Virus record (IMG/VR): IMGVR_UViG_3300000117_000009
Span: 43,301-107,300 of that record
Reading direction: 5' to 3' (one strand)
DNA length: 64,000 bases
Source of the DNA: a virus
This document shows, one piece after another, positions 1-10,300 of this stretch. The notes beneath the pieces were generated by a model. The model was not told where the DNA came from. It did no database searches and saw only the letters and a program-made list of their open reading frames with translations. A program made the position numbers and the translations under genes. Positions within the stretch are counted from its first letter, which is position 1, and every line of letters begins with the position of its first letter.

Positions 1-2
1 AT

Positions 3-1028
3 GGCATAAACTATACAAATGATATTAATACTATTTGTTCAAGCAACTATTTAAATCAATGCGGTTTGGAACTTGATTCCCCGGAGCCTAGCTTTTCTTG
101 TGAAGACTTAGGACTCGAATGCAATGCAGAAAATCAGTGCAAGAGGAAATTTAAAATTACATCTACCTACGATCCAGGCAGAGGCCACGTTTCAAAAGAA
201 AACTTTGTCGAAGTAAACGAGGAAGTTCATGACATACAACTTGTTGATACTGCTGTTATACTTCTGCTTGACTTTAGTGGTTCTATGCAAGGTAATAGAA
301 TAAATCAATTAAAAACAACTGTAAGACAATTTGTAAATGCTGATTATAATCTAAGCTATTCTGTCATTCTTTACAATGATAGTGTAATAACAGAGACATC
401 TATCGATAAAGGTCCGCAACATAAACAAAACGTTTTGTCTATTTTAAACACTCATAATGCAGGAGGAGGAACTAACTTTCTTTCTCCTCTGAGAAGTTCG
501 CTCTCTAAGATTACGAGTTCTGACTATGAATCTTATTATATTGTTTTAATTAGCGATGGCTCGCCGAATGAAGGCATTGAACCTTCGAGAAACTTTGTTG
601 AAAATAATATATTTAACATTAATCCAAACAACTGCAGACAAACAACTAGCCAGAATCCTTGTATAACGACTTATACATTAGGAGTAGATAATGCAAACGT
701 AGCAGCTTTGCAAAGTGTTAGTGGTAACGTATTAAATCAAAACTCTATTGATTACAACTATATTGTTAATACACAACAAGTTAATGGTGCATTTAATGCA
801 ATAATTGAAGAGATAATGTGCAAGATTGGTCCAGTTTTAGCAGAATATCCGGCAAACATATTTAATGGTTTAGACCTCCTTGAGGAAAACGTTGATTACA
901 CTTACAATGATGAAGAAAAAATATTTAAGTTCTACGATGCTGCACCTTTATATGCTTGCACTGAAATGTTAAATAGTAATGCACAAATTACTTTACGTTG
1001 GGGAAAGACTAAAATAAATGTCCAGTAA
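3..1028 (+). CDS. von Willebrand factor A (MIDAS) domain protein, Cys-rich flanks; 5'-truncated by window edge
   Basis: MIDAS motifs DFSGSM, GGTNF and ISDG. The frame is open from position 3, so the track start at 66 is probably internal. Confidence 0.8.
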   Translation, partial: GINYTNDINTICSSNYLNQCGLELDSPEPSFSCEDLGLECNAENQCKRKFKITSTYDPGRGHVSKENFVEVNEEVHDIQLVDTAVILLLDFSGSMQGNRINQLKTTVRQFVNADYNLSYSVILYNDSVITETSIDKGPQHKQNVLSILNTHNAGGGTNFLSPLRSSLSKITSSDYESYYIVLISDGSPNEGIEPSRNFVENNIFNINPNNCRQTTSQNPCITTYTLGVDNANVAALQSVSGNVLNQNSIDYNYIVNTQQVNGAFNAIIEEIMCKIGPVLAEYPANIFNGLDLLEENVDYTYNDEEKIFKFYDAAPLYACTEMLNSNAQITLRWGKTKINVQ

Positions 1029-1248
1029 GCATGAAAAAGAAATAAGACTAGTTTCACAGTTAAAAGAAGGTGACATGATTGACATGTTTTATTATGGTAA
1101 AAAAATAAAGAATAACTGCTTAATTGTAGAGATTATTCAAGATCATTATTTTGTAAAAGGTTTAATCGTCTATTTAAACGGCACTTCTAGAGAAACAATA
1201 GATTTAGAAAACAATGAGGGGCTTTGGGTTGAAAAGTCTAAAACTTAG
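1018..1248 (+). CDS. hypothetical protein
   Basis: 76 aa ORF overlapping the stop of the VWA gene. Confidence 0.6.
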   Translation: MSSKHEKEIRLVSQLKEGDMIDMFYYGKKIKNNCLIVEIIQDHYFVKGLIVYLNGTSRETIDLENNEGLWVEKSKT

Positions 1249-1259
1249 TATATTCCATG

Positions 1260-3443
1260 TTACTTTCCTGCGACAACATAATTGTATGCTCTAGATAAAT
1301 TCTTTTTTATTATATCACTCTTTGGGTGATGATTTTCTAAATAAGGCAAGCCGACTTTTATTAAATCAAACTCTTGCTCATCTTGATCTTCATCCCAGTC
1401 TTCCTCGTTCTCGCTATCCCAAGAATCTTCTATTAGATATTGAAAAATATTTACTTCTTTTTCTAATGTAACGCCTAAAACATCAAATATTTCGCGACTA
1501 AAGTTTACATTGTATACTAAACTTTTTATCGCCAATTTTGCGTAAAAACTAGACCGGCTATTATCTTCATAAGAGTTCAGGCCAAAATTAGCTAACTTAA
1601 GAACTGGTTTGATTAGTCGACAAAGCTCAATAAGTTCATCTTTACTAACAGTTCTATTATTAAAAAATTGAATTGATGAAATTATAATATTCTGAATTTC
1701 TTTCTTATCTTTCTGAAGTATGTCTTCATCGCCCAAAGAGCTTTTGATTTTCTCATGCATAATTTCACTAACAGGTGCATATACATTGTTTTTTATTTGT
1801 ATGTTTTCGTAGCCAAACTTATCAATCATTCTGTCACAAATATCTTTATCCAAAAACTTAGAGCCTGCTAGGTATAAGATTGCATTGCTGGTACCTGTCG
1901 AGATTTTTGGAACTTTAGTGTTATCTATAATGTCTAGCATTATTGATTTTGGCAAAGATGAGCTTTTTAAAAAATATGATATATTATTGTCTAAAGCAGA
2001 ATAAGTGTCAGCAAATTTTGATCCTCTCAATATCTCAGGCTTAATATTCTTTTCATAAAAACTTTCTATATATTCTTCACTGACTGTTTTGTTTTTATTA
2101 GATAACAACAAAGAAAAAATGGTACTCGAAAAGAAAGGTTTGTTTTCTAGATTGTTAAAGTTTTTGCATATAAACAAAGCTACATCTTTATTTTTAGTGC
2201 CAACAGCAGTATCTCTTACAAAACGAAGTAATTTATTGTTGTCCTTTATTTGATTTACTATAGACTTAAATGACTTTAGACTTAAGTTTTTAAAATCATA
2301 GCTATATGCTTCACTACCATATTCTGGTTGCCAATTAACTAAATCATTATCTACTAATCCTTTTAGTATTTCGTTAAATTTAGTTTTATGTTTACCTGTT
2401 TTATTCTTAAAGACATTTACGAAAGTCCCAATAGGTTTTATTGTATTACCTGAAAAGTCAAACGATACAGCCTGCTCAGGCTCGTTCCCATGAATAGTTG
2501 ACGTACCCGCGTCAGCAATACCTTGAATACCTACAGCTTTTAACAATATTGAATAATACTGTCCTCTACTTGTTTTATTTATTTCTGCGATAGCAGAAGA
2601 TATATTTCCTGCCGCTTCTTTTAAAATAACAAAAAACGAATATTGTTTGCTAACGTTTTTCGTGTGACGACCAAATCTTTTAAAACTCAATTTCATGTAT
2701 TCATACATTGCATCAGCAATTTCAAACTTATAAATATTAACTAAACTTTGTTTTTCATCAATTTTTTCTTCATCAACTTTACCGACTAAATGACTATATT
2801 TTTTAAAGATTGAGGTGAAATAATAATTGTCATATGAGGCATTGCTTTTAAGACTTTTAATGTCTTTTTCTAAGTCTTTATAGTCTTGCAAAACAGCATC
2901 TTCAGATTCTCTATGCGTAATTAAACCTGTTGAAAGTCGTATGCATTCTGCTATGTCATCAATTACAGCCTGCTTGCTTGTGTATTTGCCTGAAATTAAT
3001 TTTTGTTCTTCATTGTCTTTTGTAACATTGGCTGTTTTTGACTTGTCAATTCTGTATAAATGAAAAAAACTAGCATTAGTTGCAAAACTAGCGCTTGTTG
3101 GTGATCCAGAATTAACAAGATTTTCTAAGTTTGTCTGGTCTAAAGGGTAACCGTATATTCCATGAGGTGTATGGTATTTTACTTTTGGACTTACTTCAAA
3201 CTTTGGTATTTCAATATCACCAAACTTCTCTACGAATCTAATATATGTCGATGAATCTGCCGAAAGTATTAGCTCTTCTAAGACTCCTTCTAACGAAAGA
3301 CTTGTTTTATCTATTGTTTCAATCTTTGTCAATTCTCTTTGCTGATCAGCTGCTGATCCTTTGCGCGAGAGTCTTTCTGGCGAAGACATAATTTCTCTGC
3401 CTAGAGACTCTTTAATGTATTTTTTAAGTAGTCTAATTTTCAT
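1260..3443 (-). CDS. putative virion cargo protein with ADP-ribosyltransferase-like domain (family B)
   Basis: N-terminal tag LLKKYIKESL. Motifs SPKVKYHTPHGIYGYPL and GIADAGTSTIHGNEPEQAV are shared with 43191..44966. Confidence 0.5.
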   Translation of the reverse strand: MKIRLLKKYIKESLGREIMSSPERLSRKGSAADQQRELTKIETIDKTSLSLEGVLEELILSADSSTYIRFVEKFGDIEIPKFEVSPKVKYHTPHGIYGYPLDQTNLENLVNSGSPTSASFATNASFFHLYRIDKSKTANVTKDNEEQKLISGKYTSKQAVIDDIAECIRLSTGLITHRESEDAVLQDYKDLEKDIKSLKSNASYDNYYFTSIFKKYSHLVGKVDEEKIDEKQSLVNIYKFEIADAMYEYMKLSFKRFGRHTKNVSKQYSFFVILKEAAGNISSAIAEINKTSRGQYYSILLKAVGIQGIADAGTSTIHGNEPEQAVSFDFSGNTIKPIGTFVNVFKNKTGKHKTKFNEILKGLVDNDLVNWQPEYGSEAYSYDFKNLSLKSFKSIVNQIKDNNKLLRFVRDTAVGTKNKDVALFICKNFNNLENKPFFSSTIFSLLLSNKNKTVSEEYIESFYEKNIKPEILRGSKFADTYSALDNNISYFLKSSSLPKSIMLDIIDNTKVPKISTGTSNAILYLAGSKFLDKDICDRMIDKFGYENIQIKNNVYAPVSEIMHEKIKSSLGDEDILQKDKKEIQNIIISSIQFFNNRTVSKDELIELCRLIKPVLKLANFGLNSYEDNSRSSFYAKLAIKSLVYNVNFSREIFDVLGVTLEKEVNIFQYLIEDSWDSENEEDWDEDQDEQEFDLIKVGLPYLENHHPKSDIIKKNLSRAYNYVVAGK

Positions 3444-3489
3444 TATAAACCTTGTTTGTTTTAATAAATATTTTAATCACATCTAGATT

Positions 3490-6255
3490 TTAAGAAAGCA
3501 TTAAAGAAATGTATTTTTTAATTAGCGATTCATTTGATTCTTGCGGAGATTGAGGGTTTTGTTTTTGTTGAAGTAATTGTCTAGTATCACTAATTAATTT
3601 AAGCATAGATCCTTTACTGAACATTTTTTCTATATAATCTATTACAATTTCAATACCTTCTTCGGGTAAATATAAATTGGCGTCAGGTGCAAGTGTTACT
3701 GCATAATTGACGCTTTGATGTATTCCCTTAACAATTTTAAGAACTTGCATCTGACTCATCCCACTAAAAAACAATGATAGCTGACTAGAATTATTTGCAA
3801 CCTGTTCAAATAATTCGTTGTCACCTTCTGTATAATGTATTCTACCTAGATCTAAACTATTCATGTGAGATTCTGGTATTGTTTTTAGCAGAGCAATAGT
3901 CTCAAGATATTGTTCTACACCTTTCGTAGATCTTAACAAAAGCATTAAAAGATCATTAAAATGTTTTTTGTTGTTTGGCTTAATATCAATATAGCTAAAA
4001 CAAGCTTTACATAAAGAGATGAGAGACTGGAATGGTATCTTTATGTCATAACTAATCCGTCTTAAATACATATGGAGATTGCTAATATCTGGAGGAATAT
4101 CACCTGAAATTATTCCTGAAACCAATGCTTCAGCGTACTCTTTATTTTTTGTATCAATTTTTCTATTGTTTTTTAGTATTAATCGAGTTTCTGCAGGTGT
4201 CTGAGATTGTTTGAGTTCATCAATTAAAGGACTCCAGTTGTTTGCGACTTCAAACCTTTGATTAACAAACTGATGATATTTTTGGTTTGTAATTTGACTT
4301 TTAATGTTTTCATCGTTAATGTTTAATAAATTTTGTTCAACATTCTTTCTAGCTTTTGCGCCTAATCTATCGATGTCTTCAAAAATTATATCAATTATTT
4401 TATTTAAAAGATCAATTCTAACACTACTTATTGTTTGCGGCTGAAATAAGGAAAAAACACCGCGAGACATATTATCAATAGAACCAGCAATTTGTGCTGA
4501 AGAAATCGTATCAAGCTCTTTAAACAGAAACTGCTGAATTTCAGGTAATTCTGTAAAGTATTCTCTTTCCCAAGGAAGCATGCAAATAGTTGTTTTATAG
4601 TCTCTGTTTTTTGTTGGAAAGTAAAAAGAAAGCATTTTTACTAAAACATTGAGTATATCTTGGCCAGTAAGATTATCTAAGCGACTTCGATACCTTGCTA
4701 ATTGAGAAATTTGAGTTAATCCTACATTCATCATTAAGCGGTTATTGTCAAGCCTGTTTAGCTTATCTAGAGACTTTCTAGAAAATAACATATCATTTAC
4801 AGATGAGCTGCCGCTATATTGTATGTTACCAAAAACCAGCATGCCATAACTGACTTTGTCTGCGTTTTCTATGTAAATATCAACAAACTTTTCAAAGTCT
4901 TCTTTTGTTACACTTTGTTTGTTTATTGGAGAAGTTAGTATATCCAAAAATTTTGGAAAATAATAATTGACGTCATTGTCTGCAAAATAGTTTATTTTTT
5001 TGCAAAGTTCTGTTATTAAGTCTAAACATTCTAAGTGAATATTTTCTATATTACTCTTGTCAACCCTTAAAGCAAACATTGGATTGCCAGATGCACCAAC
5101 AGCTTTATTTATTTTGTTTTTTGTATTTGAAAACAAAACGTGGTTGATAAACATATTTTCTATTTGTAAGTTATCATTAACAACTAGATCATAGACCTTC
5201 TGTACAGTTTCGTATGTTAAATCAGCAGAATCAGCAACTTTATTGATTTCATTACACCAATAAAGTGTAGGTAAAAGTCCTTCTACTTTTTGAAGTTGAT
5301 CTTGCTTGAAGTCTTCTTCGTCAACATCGTTTTCTTGTGCAATATCGTTTAATGTTTCAAAGTCTATGTCTAATGCTAACTTTTGGTCTGGAAAAAAGCT
5401 TGCAATATTTGAATGCCATTCTACATCTTTGCCTACGACTCTTCCTAGTTCTACGACTTTTGCTTTTCTCTGCGGATTGTAAACAACACAAACCGGTCCA
5501 TCATGGTCACCTCTAAATATGATACCGTCTATAACAGAAGTTAAATATTTGTGTGTATAATTCCCCATGACATATCTAGTAAAATCAAAAGCAGAACCAG
5601 AAGTTAGTTGTTTATTGCTAGGATCATCGACTAAATAACTAGTCCCAGATATTCGTTGTGTCAATGAAGTGCAATGTTGTTTTAAGTCTTCTTTTGTTTT
5701 TGCAAACAATTCGTCTTTTACAAGAGAAGAAAACTTTTCATCAAACAACTTTTCTATCTGGTCTTCTATTTTCCATTTATCACCGTGAATTTGTTTAGCC
5801 AGATCTTCAAAAAATATAATATAGTTGCTGATGTCAACTTCAAATTTAAAACATATATCCCCATACAAATGAACAATAGAAGGGTTAAAGTCATAACATG
5901 TATATAATCCTGGGCCGTACATATCTCCGTGACCAGGTGTAAACCCAGTTCCCACTGTATATGGGTCTGATAGTAGTTCTGTAATTCCTTGAAGCTCTAT
6001 GTCACTTTTACTTTGCGTGGTTGTACCACTCCTGGCTTTGTCGTAAGTAACTCTATTGATAATGTTTCTAGCACGATCTTTGACTTTTCTTGGTTTACTA
6101 GGCTTAAAGGGCTTTTCTGTATCTTTTACATAAGATGAATAATCTTTAAACTTTTTTGAACCTGTTAAGTGATAAACTGAAAGTTTGTTTCCTTTTAGTT
6201 CTATTCCTTTATTTTCTTTAATGAGAAAATTTTCTTTTAAACTATACTTCGCCAT
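3490..6255 (-). CDS. putative virion cargo protein with PARP-like ADP-ribosyltransferase domain (family A)
   Basis: Motifs YHLT, GDMYGPGLYTCY...YG and DGIIF...GPVCVVY. Paralog of 45475 and 48234. Likely start is MAKYSLKE at 6255, after AAGG. Confidence 0.6.
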   Translation of the reverse strand: MAKYSLKENFLIKENKGIELKGNKLSVYHLTGSKKFKDYSSYVKDTEKPFKPSKPRKVKDRARNIINRVTYDKARSGTTTQSKSDIELQGITELLSDPYTVGTGFTPGHGDMYGPGLYTCYDFNPSIVHLYGDICFKFEVDISNYIIFFEDLAKQIHGDKWKIEDQIEKLFDEKFSSLVKDELFAKTKEDLKQHCTSLTQRISGTSYLVDDPSNKQLTSGSAFDFTRYVMGNYTHKYLTSVIDGIIFRGDHDGPVCVVYNPQRKAKVVELGRVVGKDVEWHSNIASFFPDQKLALDIDFETLNDIAQENDVDEEDFKQDQLQKVEGLLPTLYWCNEINKVADSADLTYETVQKVYDLVVNDNLQIENMFINHVLFSNTKNKINKAVGASGNPMFALRVDKSNIENIHLECLDLITELCKKINYFADNDVNYYFPKFLDILTSPINKQSVTKEDFEKFVDIYIENADKVSYGMLVFGNIQYSGSSSVNDMLFSRKSLDKLNRLDNNRLMMNVGLTQISQLARYRSRLDNLTGQDILNVLVKMLSFYFPTKNRDYKTTICMLPWEREYFTELPEIQQFLFKELDTISSAQIAGSIDNMSRGVFSLFQPQTISSVRIDLLNKIIDIIFEDIDRLGAKARKNVEQNLLNINDENIKSQITNQKYHQFVNQRFEVANNWSPLIDELKQSQTPAETRLILKNNRKIDTKNKEYAEALVSGIISGDIPPDISNLHMYLRRISYDIKIPFQSLISLCKACFSYIDIKPNNKKHFNDLLMLLLRSTKGVEQYLETIALLKTIPESHMNSLDLGRIHYTEGDNELFEQVANNSSQLSLFFSGMSQMQVLKIVKGIHQSVNYAVTLAPDANLYLPEEGIEIVIDYIEKMFSKGSMLKLISDTRQLLQQKQNPQSPQESNESLIKKYISLMLS

Positions 6256-6276
6256 TATAAACCTTGTTGTATCTTT

Positions 6277-6342
6277 TATGTGTAAATATAAATATAATGT
6301 TGATATAATAAATAAAAACAAGAAAGGTATATAATTTGTCTA
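6277..6342 (+). repeat. 66-bp direct repeat, copy 1 (duplicated promoter, RBS and first 7 nt of dnaE)
   Basis: Matches 7312..7377 at 64 of 66 positions. Confidence 0.95.
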
Positions 6343-6383
6343 AATGTCTGATTATTATAAGATCACAGATTTAGAAAAAATAA

Positions 6384-7289
6384 TTACACTATTCCTAATG
6401 TAATTGTTTTATTTTTGCTTAAAATCTTTTTTGTCAAGATATTACAAATATGTTTGTTGATTTGCTTTATTAGTGTTACAAGACTTTCAATATTAATAAA
6501 AGTCTCTTCTTTTAAGTAGTATGGATATTCATCTTTGGTTATAAAGTCTGCTAAATTAAAATTTTGTAAATCAATTTTTAATTTTTCAATATTCTGGTTT
6601 GATTTTTCAATATCGAAGACCTTGGTTTTTTCATCAAACTCTATAATAAAAAGATATAAAAACGCAAAAAGAGAAGGCTCGCTATCTTCAAAATCAAAAT
6701 AGTGTGGGTAATCTTTTGAAGAAAGAGCTTGCATTATAAATTCATGAAATAAATAAATATCGTTTTGTTCAAATTTAGTCTGTATGTTAAATTGTATTTC
6801 TTCTTCTAAATATACATGATATAGGTCGTGTATTGACCATATTGTATTACCAACGTGATCTTTGTTTATTTTTGATGATACATCTCCGAATTCTGGTACA
6901 ATAACAATATCTACTTCTGAAGATAATACAATCTGATTGTATTTTTTACTGTCAATAAGATCTACATCATTTAACGCGTTAGCAACTTTAGCTCTATTTT
7001 CTTTGTTGTTTTGTAAAACTATCTTTAAATTGTTGTTTTTATTTTTGTTTATACTTTTCATTATGTCTTTAAATAACGTGTTTTCTTTGTTACTTTTAGT
7101 TATAACATACGTAATAGGAAAGATAACGGGTCTTCTATCTCTCAGAGAATTAAAATCTACTCTTTTAGATTTGATATGTTTGCTAATTTTTTCACTAGGC
7201 AATCCTCTTTCTAAGATTGCTTTTTTAATAAAGTTTTGTTTCCACTCGATTAATAACTCTTTAAATTCTCTTCTACGCAACTTGCTCAT
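6384..7289 (-). CDS. hypothetical protein with HDxxH zincin-like motif, flanked by direct repeats
   Basis: WSIHDLYH motif, N-terminal LLIEWKQNFIKKAILE tag, ATG at 7289 after AAGGA. Confidence 0.6.
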   Translation of the reverse strand: MSKLRRREFKELLIEWKQNFIKKAILERGLPSEKISKHIKSKRVDFNSLRDRRPVIFPITYVITKSNKENTLFKDIMKSINKNKNNNLKIVLQNNKENRAKVANALNDVDLIDSKKYNQIVLSSEVDIVIVPEFGDVSSKINKDHVGNTIWSIHDLYHVYLEEEIQFNIQTKFEQNDIYLFHEFIMQALSSKDYPHYFDFEDSEPSLFAFLYLFIIEFDEKTKVFDIEKSNQNIEKLKIDLQNFNLADFITKDEYPYYLKEETFINIESLVTLIKQINKHICNILTKKILSKNKTITLGIV

Positions 7290-7311
7290 TTGCAATCCTT
7301 TGTAATATTAA

Positions 7312-7377
7312 TATGTGTAAATATAAATATAATATTGTTATAATAAATAAAAACAAGAAAGGTATATAATTTGTCTA
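7312..7377 (+). repeat. 66-bp direct repeat, copy 2 (dnaE promoter, RBS and start)
   Basis: Matches 6277..6342. Contains GTGTAA-N18-TATAAT, AAAGG and the TTG start. Confidence 0.95.
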
Positions 7378-10300
7378 TTGATTTAATAACTCCACCAGAC
7401 AGGTTTGTTTCTCTTCATTCACACTCAACTTTTAGCACTTTTGATGGATTAGGATACCCATCAGATCATATAGACTTTGTTCTTTCTGAATCTCAAGGAA
7501 TGGATGCCTGGGGACTAACAGATCATGGCAATGGTAACGGTCTTGCTCATGCACATTCTCATGCTGTTAAAATGCAAAAGGCAGGCAAAAACTTTCGTCA
7601 AGTTTACGGTGTAGAGTTTTATTTTGTCCCCTCACTAGATCAATGGACTGATGATTATGCTGCACATCGTCAAGCTATTAAAGACGCAAAGACAGCTGCT
7701 GCTGCTGAAAAGAAAGGCAAAGAAAATATTGTCATTGACGCTGATGATGAAAGTGGCGGACTAGTTATAGAGGACGAAGATGAATCTAAAAAAATCGACA
7801 TTCTCAAAGACGAGTGGAAACGCCGATACCACTTAGTCATCACAGCAAGAAACAGAAAAGGCCTTAATAATCTATTTACACTTGTAAAGAAGTCGTATAA
7901 AGACGGATTCTATAGATACCCACGTGTTGACTTTAAAATGATTAAAGAACATGGAGAAGGCCTTCATATATCAACTGCATGTTTAGGCGGCATCTACAGC
8001 AACCGTATTCTTCGCGGTGTTGCACATGACAAATCACGTGACGAAATTCAAAAAGATCTACAAAACCTATCAGACAGATTTACAGACGCTGTTGGTATTG
8101 AAAACTTTAAATTAGAACTACAATTCAATAAGCTTAATAAACAGCATGTTGTTAATGACTACCTCATAGAACATCACAAACTAACTGGCATTCCTCTTAT
8201 TTCAACAGCAGATTCTCACTACCCGAGTAATGATAAGTGGCAAGCGAGAGAGTTGTATAAGAAGCTTGGATGGTTAGGCAAGAAGGATGGCATGACGCTA
8301 CCTGCTTTTGAAGATCTTAAGTGTGAGTTGTATCCTAAGAATGCTCAACAAATGTGGGATGAATTCTTAGAAGGCTATAAAGAACACGACTTCTACAAAG
8401 GGAATGAGCAACTTGTTAAAGAGTCGATAGAAAGAACACACGACATTGTCTGGAATGACTTTGAAGATACTTGGATAGATGTAAGTGCTAAACTCCCAAC
8501 AATATCAATACCTAACAAGACACCTTTCAAACACCTGTCAGATCTAGTTAAGAATGCTTTGGTTAGCGAAGGGTTGCATACTAATAAAGAGTATGTAGAT
8601 AGAGCTAAGTATGAATTGTCTGACATTAAGTATCTTGGGCACGAAGCTTACTTCATTACAATGTATGAGATCTTTAAAAAAGCAGAAACAAAGACATTAT
8701 TTGGGCCTGCGCGCGGGAGTGGCGGAGGCTCGTTAGTTAACTACTTATTAGGCATTACACAGCTTGACCCTATTCCTTATAACTTGCTTTGGAGTAGATT
8801 TTTAGGTAGGCATCGTGTTTCTTGGCCTGATATTGACACAGACGCTGGTGATCGAGATGAACTCATCAATGCAGCAAAGGAATTGTATGGCGATGATGCT
8901 GTTATTCCAGTATCAAACTTTAATACGCTTAAACTTAAATCACTTGTAAAAGACATTGCAAAGTTTTATGATATTCCGTTTGACGAAGTAAACAAAGTAA
9001 CTGGGCCTCTTCAAGATCAAGTTATGCAAAAAGCAATGGACAAGAATCAAGAAAAGTCTGTATTCGTTCTTAAACATGAAGACTGTATGAAATACTCACC
9101 AGAGTATAATGAATTTATGACAGAATATCCTGAGGTCGCTGAACATGTTGAGACTTTGTTTATGCAGAATAGAGCTATCGGTAGACACGCAGGCGGTGTA
9201 ATAATAGCTGATGCTGATTCTCTTGCAGAGTCAATGCCAATTGTTGGTGTTCGTGGAGAACTACAAACTCCCTGGACAGAAGGCATGAACTTTAGAAATC
9301 TTGAAGATAATGGTTTTCTTAAGTTTGATTTCTTAGGCTTAACATTGCTTAAAGACGTAGAAAACTGCATCTATAGGATTCTCAAAAAGCAAGGAAATAA
9401 TAATCCTACATTCACAGATGCAAGAGCATTCTTTGATAAACATTTAAACTGTAGGTTTGTTAAACAAAATGATCCTAAAGTTTGGGAACATGTATACAAA
9501 GACGGAAAGTTTTGTGGAATATTTCAATTTACAGCGCCTGGTGCTAGAAACTTTGCAAAGGAAGCAGAACCTGATTCTATTGAAGAACTAGCAGCTTTAA
9601 CAGCTATATACAGACCCGGTCCACTTAAAGCAAATGTGCATAAGAAGTATGTTAAAGCAAAAAGAAACGCTTCAGAAATTAAGTATGATCACCCTATTAT
9701 TGAAAAGATATTAGGGCCTACGTTTAACTACGTAGTTTTTCAAGAGCAGTTTATGCTACTAGCACAGGAGCTAAGTGGATTTGACCCAGGCGAAGCTGAT
9801 AAGCTTAGAAAAACTCTGGTTAAGAAGTCACTAGATACACTTCATTCTAAAGGTTCAGAAAAAGCAATTGCTAGAGAAAAGTTTATCAAGGGTGCTAAAG
9901 AATTAAACGATGTTCCGGAGTCAGTATCATCTAAGTTATGGGAAGACATAGAAAATTTTGCTGTTTACGGCTTTAACAAGTCTCACGCAGTTGCATATGC
10001 TATTGGTTCATATTACGCAGCTTGGTTGCATACGCATCACGAGACTGAGTGGCTGGCTGCAATATTACAGTCTGAAAATGGTAATCCTAAAGGCATGTCA
10101 AAAGCCATTTCAGAGATTAAGTCGTTTGGGTATGAGATTGCTGCAATAGATATAAATCACTCTGAAGCAGAATGGGAATATTCTGAAGTGTTGAAAGCTT
10201 TTGTTCCGCCACTAACATCGCTCAAAGGAGTAGGAGATAAAGCTGTTGAAGAAGTATTTGCGAATAGACCATACAAAAATTTAAATACTCTATTTTATGA

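Noticed and set aside
6277-7377. IS element or transposon
   Set aside because: No transposase motif or terminal inverted repeats, and 66 bp is far longer than a typical target-site duplication.
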